The position numbers were made by a program, and so were the translations under genes. A stretch of DNA of 52,081 bases from a virus. Taxonomy: Duplodnaviria > Caudoviricetes. The notes beneath the pieces were generated by a model, which was given only the letters and a program-made list of their open reading frames with translations, was not told where the DNA came from and did no database searches. The stretch is taken from positions 1 through 52,081 of IMG/VR virus record IMGVR_UViG_3300031974_001518; one strand, given 5' to 3'. Positions 27,201 through 34,497 of this stretch are shown here, in pieces (position 1 is the stretch's first letter; every line of letters begins with the position of its first letter).

Positions 27201-27252
27201 CTTACCATCCCTTCTCCGAAAAAATCCACCCATTTCAAAAAATCTTACCATC
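27201..27252. repeat. Pair of CTTACCATC motifs (27201-27209, 27244-27252)
   Basis: The same 9-mer, preceded by A-tracts, also occurs at 29453, 29505 and 31688. Confidence 0.75.
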
Positions 27253-27266
27253 CTCCCTCCAAAAGG

Positions 27267-27295
27267 TTGCGCGTTGCTTCGATCCATGATACATT
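27267..27295 (+). promoter_or_regulatory. Sigma70-like promoter for the early block
   Basis: TTGCGC-17 nt-TACATT with an extended TG. Confidence 0.6.
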
Positions 27296-27394
27296 CCGAT
27301 CAACCCCTGCCGGGGGTACATCCCCTCATACCCCACCGCAACACATAAGTTTCTTACGCAACATACTTGTTTCATCTACGACCAAAGTCTAGTA

Positions 27395-27414
27395 CCCCAA
27401 TGGTAAGCCGTCGT
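27395..27414. repeat. Left arm of a 20-bp inverted repeat (partner 31937..31956)
   Basis: CCCCAATGGTAAGCCGTCGT; its reverse complement matches 31937-31956 at 19/20. Confidence 0.8.
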
Positions 27415-27453
27415 TTATTGTGGTGGTTCATTCACGAGACGGGAGAAGTTAAC

Positions 27454-27705
27454 GTGATAAAACGCATACACATAAACCAACATAACATCAGGCATAACGC
27501 AAAAAACCCCGACGACTTGCGCCCGGTTGTTTCCGTAAAAACAAGCACCGGAAACCACAAGGGTTTTAATGCGACTGTTCATGGTGCTGTGAGTATTGTA
27601 TATTCACCAGACAAGCCGCTATCTTGTGGTGCTAAAGTTTGGATACAAACGCATGACACTGTAACGATTGAGCAAGAAGACGGATCAACCATAGGGATAT
27701 TTTGA
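27454..27705 (+). CDS. Conserved small phage protein
   Basis: GTG start with GGGAG Shine-Dalgarno; KRIHINQH...VYSPDKPLSCGAKVWI. Confidence 0.7.
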   Translation: MIKRIHINQHNIRHNAKNPDDLRPVVSVKTSTGNHKGFNATVHGAVSIVYSPDKPLSCGAKVWIQTHDTVTIEQEDGSTIGIF

Positions 27706-27706
27706 A

Positions 27707-27886
27707 ATGCAGTACATTAGTGATAAAGAAATCCTTGATAGGATCGAGAGCAAGGAAGTTAGTGAATTAGTACGAGAGCGTTTTGAATTAAAAGACAAGC
27801 AACGAGAGTGGTCACAACAGAGAGTCAATGTTGCCGCAGAACATATTGGGCATAGTGTAATTAATGAACTCATGGAGGAATATTGA
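27707..27886 (+). CDS. Hypothetical protein (59 aa; not in the ORF track)
   Basis: MQYISDKEILDRIESKEVSELVRERFEL... fills the gap between neighbours exactly. Confidence 0.5.
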   Translation: MQYISDKEILDRIESKEVSELVRERFELKDKQREWSQQRVNVAAEHIGHSVINELMEEY

Positions 27887-27887
27887 A

Positions 27888-28223
27888 ATGATTGCACAAG
27901 AATACCGAAACATAAAACCACACTTTGTACACGCGGAGCATATGCCGATGGTACGCCGGTGGTCTTGTATCCTACTCGACCAAGATACAGAGAACCCACC
28001 CTTTGAACCGGCGCGGTACTTTGTTGCCAATGTATTTGCAGAAACAAAGGAACAGGTACTGGATTGTTTAGGTGAGGAGTATCCGTGGTGCGACATTATG
28101 TATGTCGATAAAGCACTCGGCGGCCACACTGACGACGATTTCTTGGAGAGTTGGCTACATTACTTTGACGCAAACAACACACAACCATTAAGGGAAGCAC
28201 CACATGGCAACGCTAGTAATTAA
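27888..28223 (+). CDS. Hypothetical early protein
   Basis: ATG with GGAGG Shine-Dalgarno. Confidence 0.55.
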   Translation: MIAQEYRNIKPHFVHAEHMPMVRRWSCILLDQDTENPPFEPARYFVANVFAETKEQVLDCLGEEYPWCDIMYVDKALGGHTDDDFLESWLHYFDANNTQPLREAPHGNASN

Positions 28224-28443
28224 GGAAGGGGAGAAACCCTACATTGAGGATATCTGGAACCTTGACGATTTCCGCAATGTCGCTGACGGATACGATACCG
28301 AGACTTTTACTGATGAGGAACTGGTTCAGGCAATGGAGAGAGTAGCGGATAACTTTGACGCAAACGAGGGGATAACGTGGGAGACCCTTGAAGCCGGTCT
28401 TGATTTCGTAGTTTGGATGCGTAAAAGGGAGGAGACGAAATGA
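28204..28443 (+). CDS. Hypothetical acidic early protein
   Basis: FDANEGITWETL motif. Confidence 0.6.
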   Translation: MATLVIKEGEKPYIEDIWNLDDFRNVADGYDTETFTDEELVQAMERVADNFDANEGITWETLEAGLDFVVWMRKREETK

Positions 28444-28646
28444 TTATGACAAGCAGGAACGAGAACAAAACCCGCGTAGATTATCTTGTATACAAACAAG
28501 TAAGCGAAGCACTCGACCACCTAAAGAAGGCCGCGACCTTGATACATGACACCGGAGAGACCGAATCCGACCGGTTGGACAAGGCCGTTTGTTTTACGCA
28601 AGATGCGGTTGATCAACTGGATTACTTCCTGAAGGAGAACGCATGA
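28440..28646 (+). CDS. Hypothetical protein
   Basis: GGAGG Shine-Dalgarno and ATGA coupling. Confidence 0.55.
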   Translation: MIMTSRNENKTRVDYLVYKQVSEALDHLKKAATLIHDTGETESDRLDKAVCFTQDAVDQLDYFLKENA

Positions 28647-28909
28647 GACCACGTACAATTTGTCATCCTGAAGCACTCGCAGACTGGAGAGCAAATGATG
28701 AGGATGCACACAGTTATTTATCAACAATACAAGAACAAATCAATATCGGGAGAACACAAGATGCAAGTACACGTGAACATAGTACGTACGACAACAAAGT
28801 ACAAAAAGAGCAAGAGAAGTTTGAAGGACTACTCGCACGACGTATTGAAGAAGCCATCGAGCGCGAAAATCGGAAGCGCGGGACGATACGTAAAGAAGGG
28901 GAAGCTTAA
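28643..28909 (+). CDS. Hypothetical protein overlapping the Gp88-like gene
   Basis: AAGGAG Shine-Dalgarno and ATGA coupling. Confidence 0.45.
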   Translation: MRPRTICHPEALADWRANDEDAHSYLSTIQEQINIGRTQDASTREHSTYDNKVQKEQEKFEGLLARRIEEAIERENRKRGTIRKEGEA

Positions 28910-29447
28910 AGGTGCTGAAGTTTATACGTTAACACTGACCGAGCGGGAGACTTGTCCGCAGTCTTGTGGACACTGGGACGATTGTTACGGAAACAATATG
29001 CCATTCGCGCACCGGCTTGAGCATGGCAAGGAGCTTGAGGATCGATTGATCGAGGAGGTAGGGGAGAAGTGTCGGAAGGCCGCTAGTAAAGACCGTAAGG
29101 TATTGGTTCGCTTGCATGTACTGGGAGACTTTTACAGTGTTGCTTATGTACAACTATGGCGGAAGCTTATGGTCTTGCACAAGAATCTCTATGTCTGGGG
29201 ATACACCCACGTCACGCCATCCGATAACTTGCAAATCTACCACGAACTCACACTGGCTCGGGACGGGTTTCCGGAGAGGTGGCACGTACGATGGAGCGAT
29301 ACCGGCGGGAAGTTTAGTGCGAACAGTGAGGAACTCGGGACGACTGGTATTGTGTGTCCAGAGCAGGAAGGGAAAACGGCGGCGTGTACGACTTGCAGTC
29401 TGTGTTGGGATGCACCAGACAAGAACATCATATTTAAGACACACTGA
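28761..29447 (+). CDS. Gp88-like protein (Cys-rich, radical-SAM-related phage family)
   Basis: TCPQSCGHWDDCYG, VRLHVLGDFYS, WGYTH and CPEQ...CTTCSLCW...IIFKTH. Confidence 0.7.
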   Translation: MQVHVNIVRTTTKYKKSKRSLKDYSHDVLKKPSSAKIGSAGRYVKKGKLKGAEVYTLTLTERETCPQSCGHWDDCYGNNMPFAHRLEHGKELEDRLIEEVGEKCRKAASKDRKVLVRLHVLGDFYSVAYVQLWRKLMVLHKNLYVWGYTHVTPSDNLQIYHELTLARDGFPERWHVRWSDTGGKFSANSEELGTTGIVCPEQEGKTAACTTCSLCWDAPDKNIIFKTH

Positions 29448-29452
29448 AAAAC

Positions 29453-29519
29453 CTTACCATCACCAATCAAAACAGGACGGGAACTTTCGACCACATGAAA
29501 AAATCTTACCATCACCAAT
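29453..29519. repeat. Direct repeat CTTACCATCACCAAT x2 (29453 and 29505)
   Basis: 15-bp identical units 52 nt apart in intergenic DNA. Confidence 0.8.
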
Positions 29520-29639
29520 TCGATATTGCGCGGGGCTTGCACCCCGCTAGTTTCCCAAAAATAGAACTTGGGGAGGGATTCAGCTTGATCGCTCAAGTTT
29601 CGTTTCTTTTCGCGATACTTTATTTACTTTAAAAAAGTG

Positions 29640-29668
29640 TTGCGGTATGTCTTTTTTTGACATACAAC
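29640..29668 (+). promoter_or_regulatory. Sigma70-like promoter with AT-rich UP element
   Basis: TTGCGG-17 nt-TACAAC, followed by a hairpin (29676-29697) and AAGGAGG Shine-Dalgarno. Confidence 0.5.
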
Positions 29669-29718
29669 ATGCTTACCGGATCGGACAGGCCGACCGGATC
29701 TAAAGGAGGCTTTTAGCC

Positions 29719-30726
29719 ATGAACGCAATAGTAAACAACCCAGAGCGCACCGCTCAGCGTATCCAAGATGGCTTGGAATTTACGCACAGCAATCCGCTTG
29801 ACGTTGACTTCTTCCGTGAACTCGGAAGCGTCCAAAAAGAGGCGATGTATGACCGCGACCGAAACTTGATCGACGGTTACTACGCACTACGCAACAGCAA
29901 CACCCAGAAACTCTTGGGATCGCCGCCGGTCACCAAGTCGTACAAACTGGTTGATCACGCATTGGCATTCAAAGAACAGGCCGAAAGTATTCTACGGAAT
30001 CCCTCGTTGCCGCATGAAAATCTGACAGTCGTTGATCGGATCTTTGACGAAGGCCGCCGCGCAACCCGCGCTGTTTACTTCAACGACCTCACTTTCGACA
30101 TTGACGGGAAGGGGCAGGGGATTACAGCCCGCGCCGACATTATCAACAGCGTCGATATGTCTTGGGCGTTTCAGGTCTTCTCTGGTGCCTATCGGGATTA
30201 CTGCCGTAATACCTGCGTCTTTGGCGGCCAGAAAGCCTACCACCAAAAGCGAAAGCATACGTCAAATCTCAGCGTCGCCGCGATGATCGAGAAGAGCACT
30301 CTCGGTCTCGGGATGTTTACGTCCCACCGCGACCAAATGGACAAATGGCGGACAATCGATCTCGACCGCTCGCAATGGGTTGAGATTCTCGAGAATACGA
30401 TCTGCAAGAAGGGAGGGGAGGCCGCCCAGCTTTCGGTTGATCCTACCGCTCGGGTCAATGGCCGCTTATTGGATTACATGAACCACCGGTTTAACGAGGA
30501 ACAGCGCGAGTTGGGCTCGACTATGTGGGGGGCATACAATGCGCTCACCCATTGGGCAACCCACGTCGACGAAACATGGGAACGCCAGAACGACGATGGC
30601 TCAGTGTCCGAACTGACCACGGGGCGCGAGAAGTCGAACCCGTACCGCATCAGACTGCAACGGGAAGCGAAGGTGCGGAATGTACTCGAGTCGCCGCACT
30701 GGCTCGCATTGGAACAGGCCGCATGA
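29719..30726 (+). CDS. DUF932/DUF945-like protein
   Basis: YKLVDH, INSVDMS, R..C.NT...KRKHT and TMWGAYNALTHWATH. Confidence 0.7.
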   Translation: MNAIVNNPERTAQRIQDGLEFTHSNPLDVDFFRELGSVQKEAMYDRDRNLIDGYYALRNSNTQKLLGSPPVTKSYKLVDHALAFKEQAESILRNPSLPHENLTVVDRIFDEGRRATRAVYFNDLTFDIDGKGQGITARADIINSVDMSWAFQVFSGAYRDYCRNTCVFGGQKAYHQKRKHTSNLSVAAMIEKSTLGLGMFTSHRDQMDKWRTIDLDRSQWVEILENTICKKGGEAAQLSVDPTARVNGRLLDYMNHRFNEEQRELGSTMWGAYNALTHWATHVDETWERQNDDGSVSELTTGREKSNPYRIRLQREAKVRNVLESPHWLALEQAA

Positions 30727-30812
30727 TCGACATACTCGGCCTACTCATCAAGGGGGGCGCGTTATTCGCGCTCACCGTTTTACTACTCATCATTTTGAAA
30801 GCAATTGCTTAG
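30723..30812 (+). CDS. Small single-TM peptide (29 aa)
   Basis: MIDILGLLIKGGALFALTVLLLIILKAIA; ATGA coupling. Confidence 0.45.
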   Translation: MIDILGLLIKGGALFALTVLLLIILKAIA

Positions 30813-30826
30813 AGGATTAAGAAACC

Positions 30827-31261
30827 ATGAAAACATTTGACGAATTCAAGACCGACCTCGGCACACTACGCACCGACCTAAACGCGACAACCTACCGCGT
30901 CGAAAAGGTGCAGGAGCTTCTCAGCGACCTAGTTGAGAAACTGGACGGGATCTATGACCAGTCAGTATCGAACAAGGATCAGGCCGTTGACCTTGTCCGC
31001 GCTGTCGATACAGTCAAACCACGTCAACAGGATCGCCGCCTGTTTGCGAGCCATTACCGGATGCTCGCCATTCTGAACGAATATGGCGCGATGCATCGTG
31101 AGCACGTTGCCGCATTGCTTGGGGTCAAGGATCTCACCGTCCAACAAATGCTCCACGTTTGCCGGCATCACGGACTCGCCCAGTTGAAAACGCGGCGCGG
31201 TGTTGTTAGTCTTCAATCACTGGCCGATGGGGTCAGCAATAACTCAAACTTCAAAATCTAA
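30827..31261 (+). CDS. Coiled-coil plus winged-HTH-like protein
   Basis: N-terminal heptads; REHVAALLGVKDLTVQQML resembles an HTH. Confidence 0.55.
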   Translation: MKTFDEFKTDLGTLRTDLNATTYRVEKVQELLSDLVEKLDGIYDQSVSNKDQAVDLVRAVDTVKPRQQDRRLFASHYRMLAILNEYGAMHREHVAALLGVKDLTVQQMLHVCRHHGLAQLKTRRGVVSLQSLADGVSNNSNFKI

Positions 31262-31271
31262 GGGGAACCCT

Positions 31272-31484
31272 ATGAAAACCGAAACAACCTTGAACTTCAC
31301 AGCCGAGCAACTCAACGAACTGAAGCGCATTGTCGATACCGTTGGATGGTCAACGCGCGACGAAAAGACCGGCCATATTGATACTTATGTGTCAGAGAAC
31401 CGCGTCAAATTCGCGAAGGATCTTGCCGGTGTTCTTGGCCGTATGGATACAGCCGCAATCGTTGGGACATCCGAAGGTCTTTAG
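31272..31484 (+). CDS. Hypothetical protein
   Basis: AGGGG Shine-Dalgarno; last gene before the terminator. Confidence 0.55.
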   Translation: MKTETTLNFTAEQLNELKRIVDTVGWSTRDEKTGHIDTYVSENRVKFAKDLAGVLGRMDTAAIVGTSEGL

Positions 31485-31506
31485 GCCTACCTTTCCCTCA
31501 TCTTTG

Positions 31507-31531
31507 CCCCGCTCAATGCGGGGTTTTTTTT
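31507..31531 (+). terminator. Intrinsic terminator of the early block
   Basis: CCCGC-tcaat-GCGGG followed by a T-run. Confidence 0.8.
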
Positions 31532-31936
31532 GTCCCCACGACAGCCTACCTTTGGGGCTTCCCCCGTACTCCCGCCGGTACACCCAGAAAAATACCTAAG
31601 GTCTTGATTCTACTGGCCGTGGGGATATTTCGGGGTGTCGGGGGATTTCTAGGGAACCGCCCCGACATTTCGCCGAAATCCTAAATTCTTACCATCGGTG
31701 TTAAACAGACGGGTGCGCCGGACGCGATAAGGGAGGGGAAACCGGCACGGTAAACCTACGGATAGGCCGGCGGGAGTTTCGACAGGCTCGGTGAGGTTTA
31801 CTATCTGGATGATAAGAAGAAAAAAATCAATAACTTAGGGGTAGGCAAGGGTCACTGGGGGTACCCGTACTAGTGCTAGCAATCTCCCCATATTTTTTAT
31901 GGTTTTAGAAAGGGGTGTTTCACGCCAATGTTTCAC

Positions 31937-31956
31937 ACGACGGCTTACCGTTGGGG
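31937..31956. repeat. Right arm of the 20-bp inverted repeat (partner 27395..27414)
   Basis: ACGACGGCTTACCGTTGGGG. Confidence 0.8.
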
Positions 31957-32009
31957 GCCCCAGTAGCCCCAGAGGCCCCGACGGCTTGCCCAATGGTAAC
32001 CAGACAGGC

Positions 32010-32102
32010 AAAAAGAAGCCCCGACAGCAAGGGGATACTGTCAGGGCTATGGGGCGGGTGGTAAGCGGGGGTAGTGTGAGGGGTTTACCCCGGTGGGCTT
32101 AC
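32010..32102 (-). ncRNA. Candidate ~90-nt small RNA
   Basis: Bounded by a near-consensus promoter (32109-32137) and a terminator GCCCTGACAG-10 nt-CTGTCGGGGC-TTCTTTTT; no ORF inside. Confidence 0.55.
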
Positions 32103-32108
32103 AATCCC

Positions 32109-32137
32109 ATTGTACTGCTCAGATTCGCATCCGTCAA
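32109..32137 (-). promoter_or_regulatory. Strong leftward sigma70-like promoter
   Basis: Minus strand TTGACG-17 nt-TACAAT. Confidence 0.75.
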
Positions 32138-32183
32138 TACCTACGGAAAATATATTTTTTTTCTCTTAAATTACATGTTCTTG

Positions 32184-32213
32184 TTGACAGAATTAACTAA
32201 CGGTATCCATAAT
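32184..32213 (+). promoter_or_regulatory. Sigma70-like promoter for the packaging/structural operon
   Basis: TTGACA-18 nt-CATAAT, back-to-back with the leftward promoter across an AT-rich spacer. Confidence 0.65.
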
Positions 32214-32383
32214 GAACCTGTACCGGGGCCGAAATGGCAGGGGAAATCAACTTTTATAGTCCAAGTGAACCAAAGTTCCGAGACCACGGGCCCCCATGTA
32301 CACCCTTTATTCCCTTTTATGCGCGTAAAAAGATACGATAATTACTTTTTTCGTACATATCTAGCACATATGCGTGGTAATCC

Positions 32384-32788
32384 ATGAACCTCCTCCCCCA
32401 GCAACGGAAGAAACGTGAACTCTCCGACCAACAGCAAGCTTTCCTCACCGCACTCTTCGAGAACGGCGGTAACTTCTCGAGAGCTTGCGAGGTGTCGGGT
32501 TACGCGCAAGGTTCCATCGGCCACCTCAAAGAGTCTTTGGCTGACGAGATTATCGAAGGAGCACGGAATATTCTTGCAGGTGGAGCTCTCAAGGCCGCGA
32601 ACAAGCTTGTACGGACCATCGACGCGCCGGAAATCGAGCGTGGAGATAACATACGGCTCCAAGCCGCCGAGTCTCTCCTCAATCGAGTGGGTCTCGGGAA
32701 GCAAGAAACTCATAATGTCAACGTCCAAGCTGTACATGGGGTGGTACTACTCCCCCCGAAGAAAGAGATGGTTGTAGACACCCAGTAG
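32384..32788 (+). CDS. Terminase small subunit (putative)
   Basis: LSDQQQAFL..LF...GN...A..SGY HTH-like start; directly upstream of TerL. Confidence 0.7.
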   Translation: MNLLPQQRKKRELSDQQQAFLTALFENGGNFSRACEVSGYAQGSIGHLKESLADEIIEGARNILAGGALKAANKLVRTIDAPEIERGDNIRLQAAESLLNRVGLGKQETHNVNVQAVHGVVLLPPKKEMVVDTQ

Positions 32789-32791
32789 TTT

Positions 32792-34495
32792 ATGTCGGAT
32801 ACACCCGAAGAGACAGTCCCGAAGAAACGTGGACGCCCAAAAAAAGACCCGAATGCACCCAAAAGCCGTTATAACCTCTCGACGGCTGAAAAAGCCCGTC
32901 GGGCAACACAGGCGAGTATCCGACGGTCCAAAAAAGAGGCGGAAAGGAAGAAAGCGGCCGCCGAGAAGCAAAATCAGAGAGCAAATCAACGAATTAGAGC
33001 CGCCTCGAAGGTAGAAACAGCCCTCCAAGGCGAAAAGTCACGTGTAATCGACCAAGGAGACGTGAATGCACTACCTAAAGCTGTTCAAGATCTCGTTGGC
33101 GAATCTGAGGTTGTCTTTAAAGCGAACGAAGGACCTCAGGAAGACTTTCTCAGTGCCCCTGAACAGGATGTTCTATACGGTGGGGCGGCCGGAGGCGGAA
33201 AGAGTTTCGCTCTTCTTGCTGATCCTCTCCGCTATTGTCATAACCCAAATCACCGCGGGCTTCTTTTACGCCGTACTCTCGATGAATTGACTGAACTCAT
33301 ATCGAAGTCGAGACAATTGTATCCCAAAGCGTTTCCCGGTGCCGTATTCCGTGAAAGTAAGTCGACGTGGGTCTTCCCCTCTGGGGCTACTATATGGTTT
33401 TCCTACCTCGATAAAGATAAAGACGTAACACGATACCAAGGGCAAGCATTTAACTGGATCGCCATCGATGAAATTACCCAGTACCCCACCTCCTATGTCT
33501 GGGACTATCTACGGTCACGTCTTCGTTCAACAGACCCCGAGCTCTCTCAAAATCTCTCCATGCGTTGTACGGCAAACCCCGGCGGAGTTGGAGGATGGTG
33601 GGTCAAAAAGATGTACATCGATCAGGGAGACCCCGGTAAGCCTTTCGTTCCCACCGATCTGGAGTCAGGAAAGGCATACGTATACCCTGAGGGACATGAG
33701 AAGGCAGGCAAGCCGCTCTATTGGCGAAAATTTGTACCGGCCCGCCTCACCGACAATCCATACCTCATGCGGGACGGACAGTACGAAGCAATGCTCCTTT
33801 CCTTACCAGAGGTGGAGCGTAAACGCTTGCTCGAAGGAGATTGGGATGTCGCCGAAGGTTGTGCATTCCCCGAGTTCCATAAGTCCAAGCACGTTGTCGA
33901 TCCTTACGATTTACCCACCAACTGGCCGAGAATCAGAGCGGCCGACTACGGCTACGCAAGCCCTTCGTGCATACTCTGGGGTGCAATCGATTGGGACAAC
34001 AACATATGGGTCTATCGAGAACTTTACGTAAAACACTTTACAGCGGAGCAATTGGCCGCTAAAATATTGGAGTTAGAGGAGTATGATCCCCAGATGCACT
34101 ACGCAGTGCTGGACTCCTCCTGCTGGAACCGTGTAGGTTACGGCCCTTCCATCGCTGAGACGATGATACGGATGGGATGTCGTTGGACACCCTCAGATCG
34201 TAACAGAATATCAGGCAAGATGGAAATCCACCGACGACTCGGGGATAACGAGTTCACCGGAGAGCCTACAGTTAAGTTCTTCAACACGTGCACAAATATA
34301 ATAAAACAACTCGCTGGAATCCCACTATCTAAAACAAATTCTGAGGACGTAGACACGAAGGCTGAAGACCACGCCTATGACGCGCTACGTTATATGTTGA
34401 TGACACGAACCTCAGGTTACGTCTCTATCCACAAAACACTCAACGACATCAAGAATAGCACGTTCCAGCCACAGGATTCAACCTTCGGATATTAA
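32792..34495 (+). CDS. terL: Terminase large subunit
   Basis: Walker A YGGAAGGGKS; Walker B IAIDE; coupling motif TANPGG; nuclease motifs AADYG and EDHAYDALRY. Confidence 0.93.
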   Translation: MSDTPEETVPKKRGRPKKDPNAPKSRYNLSTAEKARRATQASIRRSKKEAERKKAAAEKQNQRANQRIRAASKVETALQGEKSRVIDQGDVNALPKAVQDLVGESEVVFKANEGPQEDFLSAPEQDVLYGGAAGGGKSFALLADPLRYCHNPNHRGLLLRRTLDELTELISKSRQLYPKAFPGAVFRESKSTWVFPSGATIWFSYLDKDKDVTRYQGQAFNWIAIDEITQYPTSYVWDYLRSRLRSTDPELSQNLSMRCTANPGGVGGWWVKKMYIDQGDPGKPFVPTDLESGKAYVYPEGHEKAGKPLYWRKFVPARLTDNPYLMRDGQYEAMLLSLPEVERKRLLEGDWDVAEGCAFPEFHKSKHVVDPYDLPTNWPRIRAADYGYASPSCILWGAIDWDNNIWVYRELYVKHFTAEQLAAKILELEEYDPQMHYAVLDSSCWNRVGYGPSIAETMIRMGCRWTPSDRNRISGKMEIHRRLGDNEFTGEPTVKFFNTCTNIIKQLAGIPLSKTNSEDVDTKAEDHAYDALRYMLMTRTSGYVSIHKTLNDIKNSTFQPQDSTFGY

Positions 34496-34497
34496 GA

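Noticed and set aside
29453-29519. Mini CRISPR array
   Set aside because: Only two 15-bp units, too short for CRISPR repeats, and no cas operon; the Cas4-like exonuclease is a standard phage replication gene.
31899-32387. 162-aa plus-strand ORF
   Set aside because: It runs across promoters, a terminator and low-complexity tracts, has no clear Shine-Dalgarno, and has an implausible composition.
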